Below, in pieces: positions 49,463 to 59,255 of a stretch of DNA of 64,000 bases. The notes beneath the pieces are model-generated. The model did no database searches, had not been told where the DNA came from, and was given only the letters and a program-made list of their open reading frames with translations. This stretch comes from Escherichia phage vB_Eco_AL25. Position numbers and translations under genes: made by a program. Each line of letters starts with the position of its first letter. The stretch's first letter is position 1. Location: the sequence record OW991345; one strand, written 5' to 3'.

Positions 49463-50605
49463 ATGTCCATGACAGATGCTCAATTAACCCGTGAATATGA
49501 CAGATGTCAGGCTAAAGCCTTTATGGGCAAAACTGCTGCATTCTTTGGTTCACTGTTATGTTCTCTGAAGTTCCGTTGGGTAAAAGATGGCTGTGATACA
49601 GCACAAACCGATGGTGAGCATCTCGAATGGAATCCTGATTGGTTTGAGAGTCTATTACCTGAATCTCGTGTAACAGTACTCATGCATGAACTATGGCATG
49701 TCGGCTTACTGCATTCTGTTCGTATGGGTTCTCGTGACCCAGAAGTATGGAATTATGCCTGTGATATTTATATCAACAATCAGCTTATTCAGGATGGCTA
49801 CAGCTTTATAGGAATCGAAAATTGCTGGAAAGACCCTAAGTATGCTGGCTGGGCTGAAGAACAAATCTATGATGACCTCATGAGCAAACAGATACGTCCT
49901 CCTAAAGCATCAGGTGCTTTTGGGACTGGCTCAGGTGGTGACATGAAACCTTCCACTTCGAAGGCTAGTCAGGTGAATATTGTCAATAATGTAGTAAGAG
50001 CCATGCACCAACAGAAACTATCTGGTGGTTCTTTGCCTGGGGTATTACCTGGAAAAATGGAAGAAGTTATTACTCAATTCCTGAAACCAGTAGTACCGTG
50101 GCAGGTTTTACTTGAACGCTTCTTCAATGACCTGCAAGAAACTTACTACTCATGGCAACGGCCTAATCGTAGATACCCTGATATGTACCTACCATCCCCT
50201 ATGGATGATGACGGTAGACTGGAACATCTGGCTTATTTCCTCGATACATCTGGCTCTATTAAACCTAAAGATGCTTTACGCTTTAGCTCTGAAGTGGCCT
50301 ATGTAAAAGAGAAATATCAGCCTCAGAAGATGACTCTAGTTCAGTTCACTACAGAGATTGTAGATGAACAAGTCGTTGAAGATGGTGATAAGTTTACTGA
50401 TGTCACTATCAAAGGACGAGGTGGTACTAGTCTGGTTCCTGTACGTGAGTGGATTATTAAGCATAAGCCTACTGCTGCCATTATCTTTACTGACTTAGAA
50501 GTCAGACCGATGGAACCATTGCCATTTGATATTCCTGTCATATGGGTAGTTATTCGTAACCCTGGTGCACAAGTTCCATTTGGGAAAGTTATTAACATTA
50601 CATGA
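49463..50605 (+). CDS. von Willebrand factor A domain protein with N-terminal HExxH metallopeptidase-like motif, 380 aa
   Basis: MHELWHVGLLH (HExxH); MIDAS-like LDTSGSI; pairs with upstream AAA+ ATPase. Confidence 0.65.
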   Translation: MSMTDAQLTREYDRCQAKAFMGKTAAFFGSLLCSLKFRWVKDGCDTAQTDGEHLEWNPDWFESLLPESRVTVLMHELWHVGLLHSVRMGSRDPEVWNYACDIYINNQLIQDGYSFIGIENCWKDPKYAGWAEEQIYDDLMSKQIRPPKASGAFGTGSGGDMKPSTSKASQVNIVNNVVRAMHQQKLSGGSLPGVLPGKMEEVITQFLKPVVPWQVLLERFFNDLQETYYSWQRPNRRYPDMYLPSPMDDDGRLEHLAYFLDTSGSIKPKDALRFSSEVAYVKEKYQPQKMTLVQFTTEIVDEQVVEDGDKFTDVTIKGRGGTSLVPVREWIIKHKPTAAIIFTDLEVRPMEPLPFDIPVIWVVIRNPGAQVPFGKVINIT

Positions 50606-50611
50606 GGTTTT

Positions 50612-51118
50612 ATGGTTGTTAATGGAAAACTATTGTTAGGTGCTATGCCCATTAAAGGCATGGTCAACAGTAAACTCAGTTCAGGTGAGACTACGTTTGG
50701 ACTGGGAGAAGCTGGTTATGACATCCGTATTAAACAGGATGTTACCTTCTACCGATTTCTTGGTTTGATTCCCTGCATCAAGATTAAGGATGAAGGAAAG
50801 ACCAAGTGGAAGTTTGGCACTTTCACATTAGCTTCTGCAATGGAACGTTTCAATGTACCTGCTGGCCTAGTAGGTATTGTCCATGACAAATCTACATGGG
50901 CAAGGCGTACATTATCCGTATTCAATACCGTTATTGAACCAGGATGGTCAGGCTACCTGACTTTAGAACTGGTTTATCACGGTCGTAAAAAACTTCATAT
51001 CCCTGCTGGTTCAGGTATTGCTCAGGTCATCTTCCATGAGACAGTAGAGAATACTGCCTACAATGGACGATACCAGAACCAGCCTAATCAACCTGTAGCT
51101 GCTAAGTCAGCTCGTTAA
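50612..51118 (+). CDS. dcd: dCTP deaminase-like (dUTPase fold), 168 aa
   Basis: VIEPGWSGYLTLEL...GSGIAQVIFHE resembles dCTP deaminase core. Confidence 0.55.
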   Translation: MVVNGKLLLGAMPIKGMVNSKLSSGETTFGLGEAGYDIRIKQDVTFYRFLGLIPCIKIKDEGKTKWKFGTFTLASAMERFNVPAGLVGIVHDKSTWARRTLSVFNTVIEPGWSGYLTLELVYHGRKKLHIPAGSGIAQVIFHETVENTAYNGRYQNQPNQPVAAKSAR

Positions 51119-51131
51119 TTAAGGAAATATC

Positions 51132-51332
51132 ATGTCTATCTTTACTACTAAGGTTAATGGTCAAAAAGTTACTGTTGTTGCTCGTAACGTAGCTTACGTT
51201 ACTGAAAACAGTGAAGGCCGTGGTGTAATTACTTTTACTAACGGCGATTCCATTGATACCCAAGTAGGTTATGACTCTATCCGTCGTAACGTAGCTAAAG
51301 CACTTGATGGTGCTAAAGACATCGCAGAGTAA
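51132..51332 (+). CDS. hypothetical protein, 66 aa
   Basis: RBS AAGGAAA. Confidence 0.5.
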   Translation: MSIFTTKVNGQKVTVVARNVAYVTENSEGRGVITFTNGDSIDTQVGYDSIRRNVAKALDGAKDIAE

Positions 51333-51407
51333 GGTGTTTACAGTAATGGGGCTATATAGTAGCCCCATTTATGGAAATTCCTTTCTCCATTGCTTAGTCC
51401 CAACTAT

Positions 51408-51430
51408 GCCCACTTTATGTGGGCTTTTTT
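51408..51430 (+). terminator. rho-independent terminator
   Basis: GCCCAC-TTTAT-GTGGGC followed by TTTTTT. Confidence 0.65.
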
Positions 51431-51445
51431 AATTAGAGACTATGT

Positions 51446-51688
51446 ATGAGCAAACTAGGTATACACGTTTACATAGATGAAGCCGAGAAGATATACCCCT
51501 ATACATTATTTAGTTCCAGTGATTTACTTCAGATGAAGGTAAACTCCATCATCGTAAACTACTGGTATAACGATAAGAATTGGGATTACTGGGCTGCACG
51601 ACAGAAGAGTAAGAACAAGAAAGATATATTCAAAAGCAAATCAACTCCACACATGTTTCCTTGGTATCACAGAAACCGGAGATATTGA
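51446..51688 (+). CDS. hypothetical protein, 80 aa
   Basis: ORF; stop overlaps next start (ATGA). Confidence 0.45.
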   Translation: MSKLGIHVYIDEAEKIYPYTLFSSSDLLQMKVNSIIVNYWYNDKNWDYWAARQKSKNKKDIFKSKSTPHMFPWYHRNRRY

Positions 51689-52149
51689 TGACAAGAATAC
51701 CATTTTTAAAACCCAGAAAACGAACACCAAAGCTGTATCAAAAGACTTCAGAAGACGGTTTAGCCTTGAACCAGAAAGCTATTAAGGCTGTTAGTACACT
51801 GGTTCAAGGTAAACAGGATGCTGTTGCTTTACGTCTTGTTGTTGAGCAAATCTTAGTTGCTCTGACACTGGCTCAGGTAGCTAAACAAGAAGGTAAACAA
51901 GAAACCTGTAAAACAGCATTAGGTGCTTTGTACTGGTTGTATAAAGACCTTGCTGACAACTTTGAAATGTCTATGGATAAGTGGCAGGGCATTTCTTGTG
52001 TACTTGCTCTTAGAGAAGGGCAGGAATTACTGTCTACTCTACCAAAAGCAGAATTTAAACTAGCCTACACTGGAGCACATAAGATTGTTCTTGGTTCCAG
52101 TAAGGACATCTTTAACCACCTCAAGCTATTCAAGGCTTTCTATGATTAA
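51688..52149 (+). CDS. hypothetical protein, 153 aa
   Basis: RBS GGAG 7 nt upstream of ATG. Confidence 0.5.
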   Translation: MTRIPFLKPRKRTPKLYQKTSEDGLALNQKAIKAVSTLVQGKQDAVALRLVVEQILVALTLAQVAKQEGKQETCKTALGALYWLYKDLADNFEMSMDKWQGISCVLALREGQELLSTLPKAEFKLAYTGAHKIVLGSSKDIFNHLKLFKAFYD

Positions 52150-53083
52150 TGCAAAAATCCTCGCTGATAGTATTACTCTTTCTGGTGACCGCCTGGTAAC
52201 AATGGAACTGGTTTATCCGCGTTTCATTCATTCAGAATTTATGACTCACCGAGCACTTAATCGTAATGCTTCCAGTAGTCGTGCTATTCCTACCCAACGC
52301 CTTATTGAGCAAGTTCGTAATGAACCAGTAATGCCAGTACATTGGGGTAAGAACCAGAAAGGAATGCAGGCAAGTGAAGAACTCACTCCTATGGAAATTA
52401 AGGATGCCGAGTTCATCTGGGAAAATGCCGCCTCTGCTGCTGCTGTGTATGCTGAACAACTTCGTCGTGGACAAGTACATAAGCAGATTGTTAATCGTAT
52501 TCTGGAACCATTCACGCATATCCGTGTAGTAGTGACAGCTACTCAATGGAATAACTTCTTTGGTTTACGCATTCATCCCGATGCTCAACCGGAGATTTGT
52601 GAATTGGCTACTAAGATGAAGGAACAGTATGACCAATCAAAACCCCGTACCTTGTTGGCTGGGGAATGGCATTTGCCGTACATTACTAATAGTGATTACC
52701 TCGATGCTTACGATTATTGCAAACATCAACGAATTACTCGTGATGAACCAAGTAGTGATGAGATTAATTGCCTGTTAGTAAAAATCTCTGCTGCTCGTTG
52801 TGCCCGTGCTTCCTATAACAACTTTAAAGGTACTCCTTCTACTATCGAAGAAGACCTGCGTTTGTTCTCTAAATTGGTTGAAAGTAAGCCTGTTCACGCA
52901 AGTCCTACTGAACATCAAGCAACTCCTCAGCATGTAATGAGTAAAGGCTTAAATGAGCCTACTGACCCATCTACATGGGAAAATGGCATTAGCCACATGG
53001 ACAGAGATTTACGTTTATACTCAGGTAATCTGTGTGGCTGGATTCAATTCCGTAAGCTGCTTGCAGATGAATGCATCCACTAA
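52142..53083 (+). CDS. thyX: flavin-dependent thymidylate synthase ThyX, 313 aa
   Basis: ThyX signature THRALNRNASSSRAIP (RHR...SxR-type motif); overlaps upstream stop. Confidence 0.7.
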   Translation: MINAKILADSITLSGDRLVTMELVYPRFIHSEFMTHRALNRNASSSRAIPTQRLIEQVRNEPVMPVHWGKNQKGMQASEELTPMEIKDAEFIWENAASAAAVYAEQLRRGQVHKQIVNRILEPFTHIRVVVTATQWNNFFGLRIHPDAQPEICELATKMKEQYDQSKPRTLLAGEWHLPYITNSDYLDAYDYCKHQRITRDEPSSDEINCLLVKISAARCARASYNNFKGTPSTIEEDLRLFSKLVESKPVHASPTEHQATPQHVMSKGLNEPTDPSTWENGISHMDRDLRLYSGNLCGWIQFRKLLADECIH

Positions 53084-53128
53084 GTAGGTCTTTTGTGGGC
53101 GTAGACCACTCATAATAAACTCCGCTAT

Positions 53129-53156
53129 TTGCCTCCTACATGGAGGCAATTTTTTT
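53129..53156 (+). terminator. rho-independent terminator
   Basis: TTGCCTCC-TACA-GGAGGCAA followed by TTTTTTT. Confidence 0.65.
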
Positions 53157-53180
53157 GATTCCATGTACATAGGAGGCTAT

Positions 53181-53414
53181 ATGGCTAAACCACGTAAATT
53201 CCGTATTAAGGATAAGCCTGTAATGGGTAGTGCTGCTGGTCAGTCACATGAGAAAGGAGACATTGTTTATGAATGCCTTCAGTATGATTACGGCGTTGCT
53301 CATGATGACACTCGTGCTACTGGTGTCCCACATACCTCAGTAACTCTTGAGGAAGATGGTAGTTACCCATTCTTCACTGTTCCTACTCATAACCTGGAAG
53401 AAATTCATGATTGA
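53181..53414 (+). CDS. hypothetical protein, 77 aa
   Basis: RBS AGGAGG. Confidence 0.5.
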   Translation: MAKPRKFRIKDKPVMGSAAGQSHEKGDIVYECLQYDYGVAHDDTRATGVPHTSVTLEEDGSYPFFTVPTHNLEEIHD

Positions 53415-53733
53415 CCCAAATATCATCCATGCCAAAACAGGCGAATCCCATAAGCTGTCTGAATATTCCAAAGTAGAAGATATTGCAGTTTGTCCTGCAA
53501 ATATTGCTTCTCTTTGTATCTGTATTGCAGAGCTATCTAAAGAACGCCAACTATGGTTATCTCCTAATAAAACAATGGTTCAGGCAGGTCTGGCAGAAGT
53601 ACAACGTATGCTGGATGAATGGTCTGAAGACCAGATGTTCATTGATGGCAATGCAGAAGCAATAACCGATGACATGGCCTCTGATATGGCTGTGTTTGTA
53701 TTACAAGCAATGGCTGAAAAGCGTAGTAGTTAA
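53407..53733 (+). CDS. hypothetical protein, 108 aa
   Basis: RBS GGAAGA; overlaps upstream gene by 8 nt. Confidence 0.5.
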   Translation: MIDPNIIHAKTGESHKLSEYSKVEDIAVCPANIASLCICIAELSKERQLWLSPNKTMVQAGLAEVQRMLDEWSEDQMFIDGNAEAITDDMASDMAVFVLQAMAEKRSS

Positions 53734-53758
53734 TTAATAATTTACTGGAGAAAATTCG

Positions 53759-56284
53759 ATGCAAGTAGCTGACTCTACTGAACTGACCACATCAGCAACG
53801 TTGGGTGCTCAAGATGCTATGGCCTTCGGTATTTCTGAAGACCCAGCATTCTTCCAAATACTCAGTGCTAACCTCTATTCTAATCAGAAACTGGCAATGG
53901 TACGTGAGACATTGTGCAATAGCTGGGATGCTCATATTGAGGGGAATAAAACAGATATTCCTATTCGTGTAACCATTGATAAAGATGGTTTTCTTATCTT
54001 CCGTGACTATGGTTCTGGTATTCCTAAAGATAAGATTCAAGAAGTCTATGGGGTATATGGTGCATCTACCAAGAAAGCTAATACTGCTTCCACTGGTGGC
54101 TTTGGCTTAGGATGTAAATCCCCTATGGCCTATACAGACAGTTTTACTGTCACATCTATGTGTGACGGAACCAAGACTGTTTATCACATTGCTAAATCTT
54201 CTGTTGAGACTAACGGTAAACCAGGGATTATTCCTATCGTTAGCGTACCTACTGAAGAATCAGGGCTTGAAGTTAAAATTCAGCTTCAGTCAGAAGATAT
54301 TTTAGAAATTGATTCATATATTCGAGCCATTGTATTACATGGTGAGATTAAATGTATTTACTGCAATCAGTATACAGGACCAAATACAGTAGAATTACTG
54401 CCTGTACTGGGTATGTCTTTTGAACCAGGTAGCTATAACCTAGACCATAGCACATGGCATAAATATTACATGGGCAGTCATTCAATATTTATCCGTTATG
54501 GTAATGTTATGTATCCTGCTTTGGATACCCCTGCTACACATGAAGCATTAAAACTGGTTAAACAGTTTATGCAGGTTATTAACTGTAGCCGTATCGTTGT
54601 TCAAGCTGCCCCATCATCACTAGCTGTAGCACCTAGCCGTGAAACACTGTCATCTCAAAAAATGACCGAAGACGGTATCGTAAATTTGGCTGTAGCTTTA
54701 GTAGATAAAATGGAAGCAGATATTAAAGCTCGTCTTCCAAATGCTATTGAATATATTGGGAAGGCTATTAAAGAATATAGTCCTCACCGTTTTGAAGTAA
54801 ATAGTTATTTGCCTTACACCAATTTAGTGCCTGATGTTATTGTCAGTCGTTATATGTCCTCTACTTTATTCAGTAAGCAATATGCTCATCTGTGTAAGAA
54901 ATGGGGGAATATGGAAATTGACCGTCAACTAGAACATCCTGCACTGGCTCATTTCTCCGGTTCTCAAAAAGCCCGTCTCCGTAAGCATTTAAAGAGGGCT
55001 AAGGATTTACGTAATTACAGGGAATTAACTAAAGTATTTACTGATATGGCTATTAAGCCGATGTTCAAAACCTTTGCTAAATTAGGGATTACTAAAGGTA
55101 TTTCTCTATTTCACTATCAATATGGTGTTGAACTGTGGCGTAATAATATTGTTAATAGTGTCCGTAGAATACACTCATTAAACTTCATGACTTATAGTTC
55201 TAAGAAGTGCCGTGTATTTGTTACCCCACGTATTACCAATATTGAAGATAGTCTGGTTGGGTATCCAGAGTTTGATAATCTTTCTACTGAGACACTGGTG
55301 AAATATAACTCAATCATTGTCAAAGTTGGAACCAAGAAAGGTGAAGCAGAAGCTATGACTAATCTGCTCACTAAAGCAGGATACGAAGTCATTAATATGG
55401 CTGAATATCATGAGTGGGATTGTATAGCTCGTAGACGTAAAGAGGAACAAGAGGCTAAATTAGCCATTTCCAAATTACAAGCTAAGAAAGCTACTAATAA
55501 GAAAAAGGTTAGTCCTAATCGTCTTATTAGTATGAATATCCTTGAAATACCAAAAGAGCATCGTAGCTATTCGAGTGAAGTATGTGGTTCTCACTACGCT
55601 TCTCGTTCTCATGACCGAATGGTTGATGTAGATACTCCCCAGTATTACATCATGCAGGAAGATATTAATAACTACACAGGAAGACTTGGTGTTCTTTCTA
55701 TGTGGCAATTAACCCCTGCTACCATTAAAGATGTGACTGTTGTTTGTCGTAATAAAATTGAACGTAATAAAGCTATTAAGCGAGGTGCTGTTCATTTGGA
55801 TGAATGGACTGCTCCGTATATTGCTTCAGTTCTTACATCCAAACAATTCATTAAGTATGTCACTAAAGAACGTCAGAAAACGTTAAGTGATATTGGTATT
55901 TACTCCAAACACCTCAGATTACTGAGAGAACTAGATATTACATATGCCCCATTGAAAGGTCTGCGTTATGACCCAGAACTGGAGAATGCTTATCTCTTCT
56001 TACAAAGTAGTAGCTACCCTAAGCTACGTGCATTGTTAGGGAAGGGTCTGATTACTGAAGAAGAGTATCACTTCCTCAGTGATGTTGATGTGCATTGCAA
56101 GACTTTCAGTAAGTACTCGGAACTTCGTAGGATACCGAAGATGTTCCTTGATATTGATGCTGGGGGTTATATGTTGGCTGCATGTACTGTAGACACATTG
56201 CTTCGTGAAATCGAACAATTCCCTGAATCAATCCCTGCAATCAAACTGCTTGTAAAAGCTGCTCTTAAACGGAATACAGACTGA
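53759..56284 (+). CDS. rIIA: rIIA-like protein with GHKL-type ATPase domain, 841 aa
   Basis: GHKL boxes: ETLCNSWDA (N), RDYGSGIP (G1), STGGFGLGCKS (G2); followed by rIIB-like partner. Confidence 0.6.
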   Translation: MQVADSTELTTSATLGAQDAMAFGISEDPAFFQILSANLYSNQKLAMVRETLCNSWDAHIEGNKTDIPIRVTIDKDGFLIFRDYGSGIPKDKIQEVYGVYGASTKKANTASTGGFGLGCKSPMAYTDSFTVTSMCDGTKTVYHIAKSSVETNGKPGIIPIVSVPTEESGLEVKIQLQSEDILEIDSYIRAIVLHGEIKCIYCNQYTGPNTVELLPVLGMSFEPGSYNLDHSTWHKYYMGSHSIFIRYGNVMYPALDTPATHEALKLVKQFMQVINCSRIVVQAAPSSLAVAPSRETLSSQKMTEDGIVNLAVALVDKMEADIKARLPNAIEYIGKAIKEYSPHRFEVNSYLPYTNLVPDVIVSRYMSSTLFSKQYAHLCKKWGNMEIDRQLEHPALAHFSGSQKARLRKHLKRAKDLRNYRELTKVFTDMAIKPMFKTFAKLGITKGISLFHYQYGVELWRNNIVNSVRRIHSLNFMTYSSKKCRVFVTPRITNIEDSLVGYPEFDNLSTETLVKYNSIIVKVGTKKGEAEAMTNLLTKAGYEVINMAEYHEWDCIARRRKEEQEAKLAISKLQAKKATNKKKVSPNRLISMNILEIPKEHRSYSSEVCGSHYASRSHDRMVDVDTPQYYIMQEDINNYTGRLGVLSMWQLTPATIKDVTVVCRNKIERNKAIKRGAVHLDEWTAPYIASVLTSKQFIKYVTKERQKTLSDIGIYSKHLRLLRELDITYAPLKGLRYDPELENAYLFLQSSSYPKLRALLGKGLITEEEYHFLSDVDVHCKTFSKYSELRRIPKMFLDIDAGGYMLAACTVDTLLREIEQFPESIPAIKLLVKAALKRNTD

Positions 56285-58374
56285 TGAAACGAAATTATCT
56301 CGCCATTATTGCCCTGTCAGTAGACAGCCGTAACCTCACCTTATGGCAACCAGATGGTTCTACTATGGTCATCCCCCAAGGGGATGCCCGTGTACCACGT
56401 ATTGTTGCTGAAGCAAAAGAAAAGAATCTTACCCCAGGTAAGATTATCGAAGTGGATGTCACTATCGAAGCTCAGATTCGTCAGGAGTTTCTGGACGCTG
56501 AACGTGATACAGGTGGCTTTGTTAAATTCTTCCGTATTACCAAGAAGAAGCTACAAGAGTTCTTCTTAGGGGAAGAGGAAGAACAAGTCCCTCATGTATC
56601 ACCTGTAGAGTTAGGTGCTAAACCAACTGCTTTCAATGCTTTTATTGCTAATGCTGTAGGCAAAACTCTTGCTGTACAACATGCATCGTTAAAAGTACCT
56701 GAACCAGAAATGACGGTTACTCATGAGCGTTTTTACGGTAACTATGCTGTATGGATTACAGATGTAGACCCACGGAATCATCGTATTGAGGTTATTCATG
56801 TTATCCGTGAAATCTCAGGAAGAACCAGTGAATATGTCAATAACCTGCTGGCTCAACCAACCCCATTCAAAGTATTTGATTGGCTCACAGAGACTCAGGC
56901 TAAAGAGTTTGTAAGACGTTTGAATAACACTCAGGGTGTTATCTCTGTCTATAACAAACTGGAAGACGGTATTCCTGCTAAGGTTGCTGTAAAGGCCACA
57001 GAGCCAACCAATAAGGAAAAGCTAGAAGCTGCATCAACTAAGCTGAAAGCTATGGGTGCTGTCGCTACTGATGCTTATGAGTTTCATACTGACTTGAATG
57101 AAAATGAAGAGACTATCGTAGCTGTAGTGAATGATAAGGTGGTTCCTGATGTTCAGAACCTACACCGCCACATCCGTCAATCTGCAAACCTGAAAGACTA
57201 TAAAGGCTTTACTAAGTTCCTTGAACGTCTGTCTACTGTAATTGATAAACGTCGTCACTCTGTTGAAGACCTGATGAAGTTTATGGAAAAAGGTGACCTG
57301 CCAATTGCAGATGATGGCTCCATTGTTATCTTCAAACGTCTGGAAAGCAAAGACAATCCTGAACATCTCAAAGACGTAATGGATGATGTATTTGTTGATT
57401 GCCATTCTAAGAAGATTGAGCAATGCGTTGGTATGCGTGTAATGGTTAAAGAAAACCTTGTAGACCAGAACCGTCGTAAAGACTGTTCTCATGGTTTGCA
57501 CGTAGCTTCTCTGCAATACATTCGTAATTTCTCAGGCAACGTAACCATTATTGGTAAAGTTGCTCCAGAGGATGTATTTGCAGTACCAGAATACGATGTT
57601 ACTAAGATGCGTGTATCTGCTTATCACATCATTACCAAGCTACCTGATGCTATTCGTGACCATGTTAATAATGGCAATCCAATCTCCACCATTGAGGGTG
57701 GTACGGAAATCCTGAACATGGTTCTCAGTGGTAATCACCCCGAACCTTCCCGTCAGGTACTGGTTGGTGGTCATTATGGAACCAATCTGACTTATTCAGA
57801 ACTCACCCGTAATTATCTGGATGATGATGAAGACAGCGTTATTCCAGATGAACCGGTAATTAAGAAAACTGCCTTGAATATGGAAGAGAGCTTTACGGCA
57901 ACTAATCCTAAAGCTGAACCAGTGAAGGCAACGGATGTTAAACCTATTAAGAAGACTAAGATGGAAATTCTTAAAGACCTTTGGAACCAGTTCCTGAAAG
58001 CAGAGACTTCTAATGAAGCTATTACACTGGCTGATGAAATCATTGCTGCTAAGGGCAAATGTAAGAAGTCATGGGCTTCTTTAGGCTTCAGTGGTGACAT
58101 GGTTCAGAAACTGATTGATGCTCGTGCTAATAAGCCTAAGCCAGAAAAAGCAGTCAAACAGGATAAAACTGTTGCACCTAAGAAAACTACAGTCACTCGT
58201 AGTCGGAATGCTGATGTTATTCGTAGTTATCTGAATGACGAGGGTATGTCTGATTACTGTAAAGCTCATGCCATTCACGATGTGAAACGTGCTGCTAAGA
58301 AATCTTATGCTGCACTGGGTCTGACTCCTGAAGAATGCAGCCAAATTGATAAACTGAAGCATCACCTGAAGTAA
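56284..58374 (+). CDS. rIIB: rIIB-like protein, 696 aa
   Basis: Large ORF translationally coupled (TGATG) to the rIIA-like gene; synteny. Confidence 0.5.
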   Translation: MKRNYLAIIALSVDSRNLTLWQPDGSTMVIPQGDARVPRIVAEAKEKNLTPGKIIEVDVTIEAQIRQEFLDAERDTGGFVKFFRITKKKLQEFFLGEEEEQVPHVSPVELGAKPTAFNAFIANAVGKTLAVQHASLKVPEPEMTVTHERFYGNYAVWITDVDPRNHRIEVIHVIREISGRTSEYVNNLLAQPTPFKVFDWLTETQAKEFVRRLNNTQGVISVYNKLEDGIPAKVAVKATEPTNKEKLEAASTKLKAMGAVATDAYEFHTDLNENEETIVAVVNDKVVPDVQNLHRHIRQSANLKDYKGFTKFLERLSTVIDKRRHSVEDLMKFMEKGDLPIADDGSIVIFKRLESKDNPEHLKDVMDDVFVDCHSKKIEQCVGMRVMVKENLVDQNRRKDCSHGLHVASLQYIRNFSGNVTIIGKVAPEDVFAVPEYDVTKMRVSAYHIITKLPDAIRDHVNNGNPISTIEGGTEILNMVLSGNHPEPSRQVLVGGHYGTNLTYSELTRNYLDDDEDSVIPDEPVIKKTALNMEESFTATNPKAEPVKATDVKPIKKTKMEILKDLWNQFLKAETSNEAITLADEIIAAKGKCKKSWASLGFSGDMVQKLIDARANKPKPEKAVKQDKTVAPKKTTVTRSRNADVIRSYLNDEGMSDYCKAHAIHDVKRAAKKSYAALGLTPEECSQIDKLKHHLK

Positions 58375-58441
58375 GTAGGTTAACTATTCAAGTAGCTCTG
58401 GTTGAAATATACTGGAGCTATCTTTGAAGAGGATACATACT

Positions 58442-58837
58442 ATGGCCAAAGTTTATCGTGCTAACCGTAAAGCCCATGATGACGATATTATTCGTATGAA
58501 TGCAGTCGGTTTATCATTGGGAACCATTGCTAAAACACTAGGTGTTCACCCCACTACAGTTACCTTACGATTACGCTCTCTTGGTATTGAACCAGCCGAC
58601 ACACGTCGAACATTTATGGAGAACGTATTAGCACCATTACCTACTCACGTAGCTGATTGGTTATCGGAACAAGTAGGACCAAAGTATGAGATTCGACAAT
58701 ACGTTCGAGACTTATTACTGGAAGCCTACAATAATCGTCATAATCATAAGGAAACTGCCCATGAACGATTCCTCAAAAGATACGTTGGTACAAACTCAGA
58801 ACTGGTTTCTGAAGGCAGTACCCAACCCAACGAGTAA
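58442..58837 (+). CDS. HTH DNA-binding protein, 131 aa
   Basis: Helix-turn-helix-like LSLGTIAKTLGVHPTTVTLRL; RBS GAGGAT. Confidence 0.5.
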   Translation: MAKVYRANRKAHDDDIIRMNAVGLSLGTIAKTLGVHPTTVTLRLRSLGIEPADTRRTFMENVLAPLPTHVADWLSEQVGPKYEIRQYVRDLLLEAYNNRHNHKETAHERFLKRYVGTNSELVSEGSTQPNE

Positions 58838-59213
58838 AAACATTAGTACCCAGATTGGTTGTCATCTGGAAGAAGTAGCAGAAATGCTAGAAGCAATATG
58901 CAGCGTCTACAAGGAAGACGATAAGAAAATAGCTTATCTGAGAGAAGCCATTGTTCATGTAGCAGACCTCATTAAACAAAATGGGGGTATTGCTGTGAAA
59001 GACCCAAATGATCTTTTAGATAGTATTGCTGACCAGATTGTTACAGCAACTGGCGTCGGTACTTTCTTGGGTATGAACGTACCTGGAGCACTCACTGAAG
59101 TGAACCGTTCTAATTATTCAAAATTTGAAGACGGTGAGCCTGTTTTCGATGAGAATAAGAAAGTAATGAAAGGTAAGGATTATACTCCGCCTGATTTAAC
59201 CCCATTCATTTAA
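58761..59213 (+). CDS. hypothetical protein (possible MazG-like NTP pyrophosphohydrolase fold), 150 aa
   Basis: RBS AAGGAAA; helical LEEVAEMLEAI block; overlaps previous gene by 77 nt. Confidence 0.4.
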   Translation: MNDSSKDTLVQTQNWFLKAVPNPTSKNISTQIGCHLEEVAEMLEAICSVYKEDDKKIAYLREAIVHVADLIKQNGGIAVKDPNDLLDSIADQIVTATGVGTFLGMNVPGALTEVNRSNYSKFEDGEPVFDENKKVMKGKDYTPPDLTPFI

Positions 59214-59216
59214 AAG

Positions 59217-59241
59217 AGCCGCCCATATAGGGCGGTTTTTG
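59217..59241 (+). terminator. rho-independent terminator
   Basis: AGCCGCCC-ATATA-GGGCGGTT followed by TTTT. Confidence 0.65.
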
Positions 59242-59255
59242 TATCTGGAGAACTC

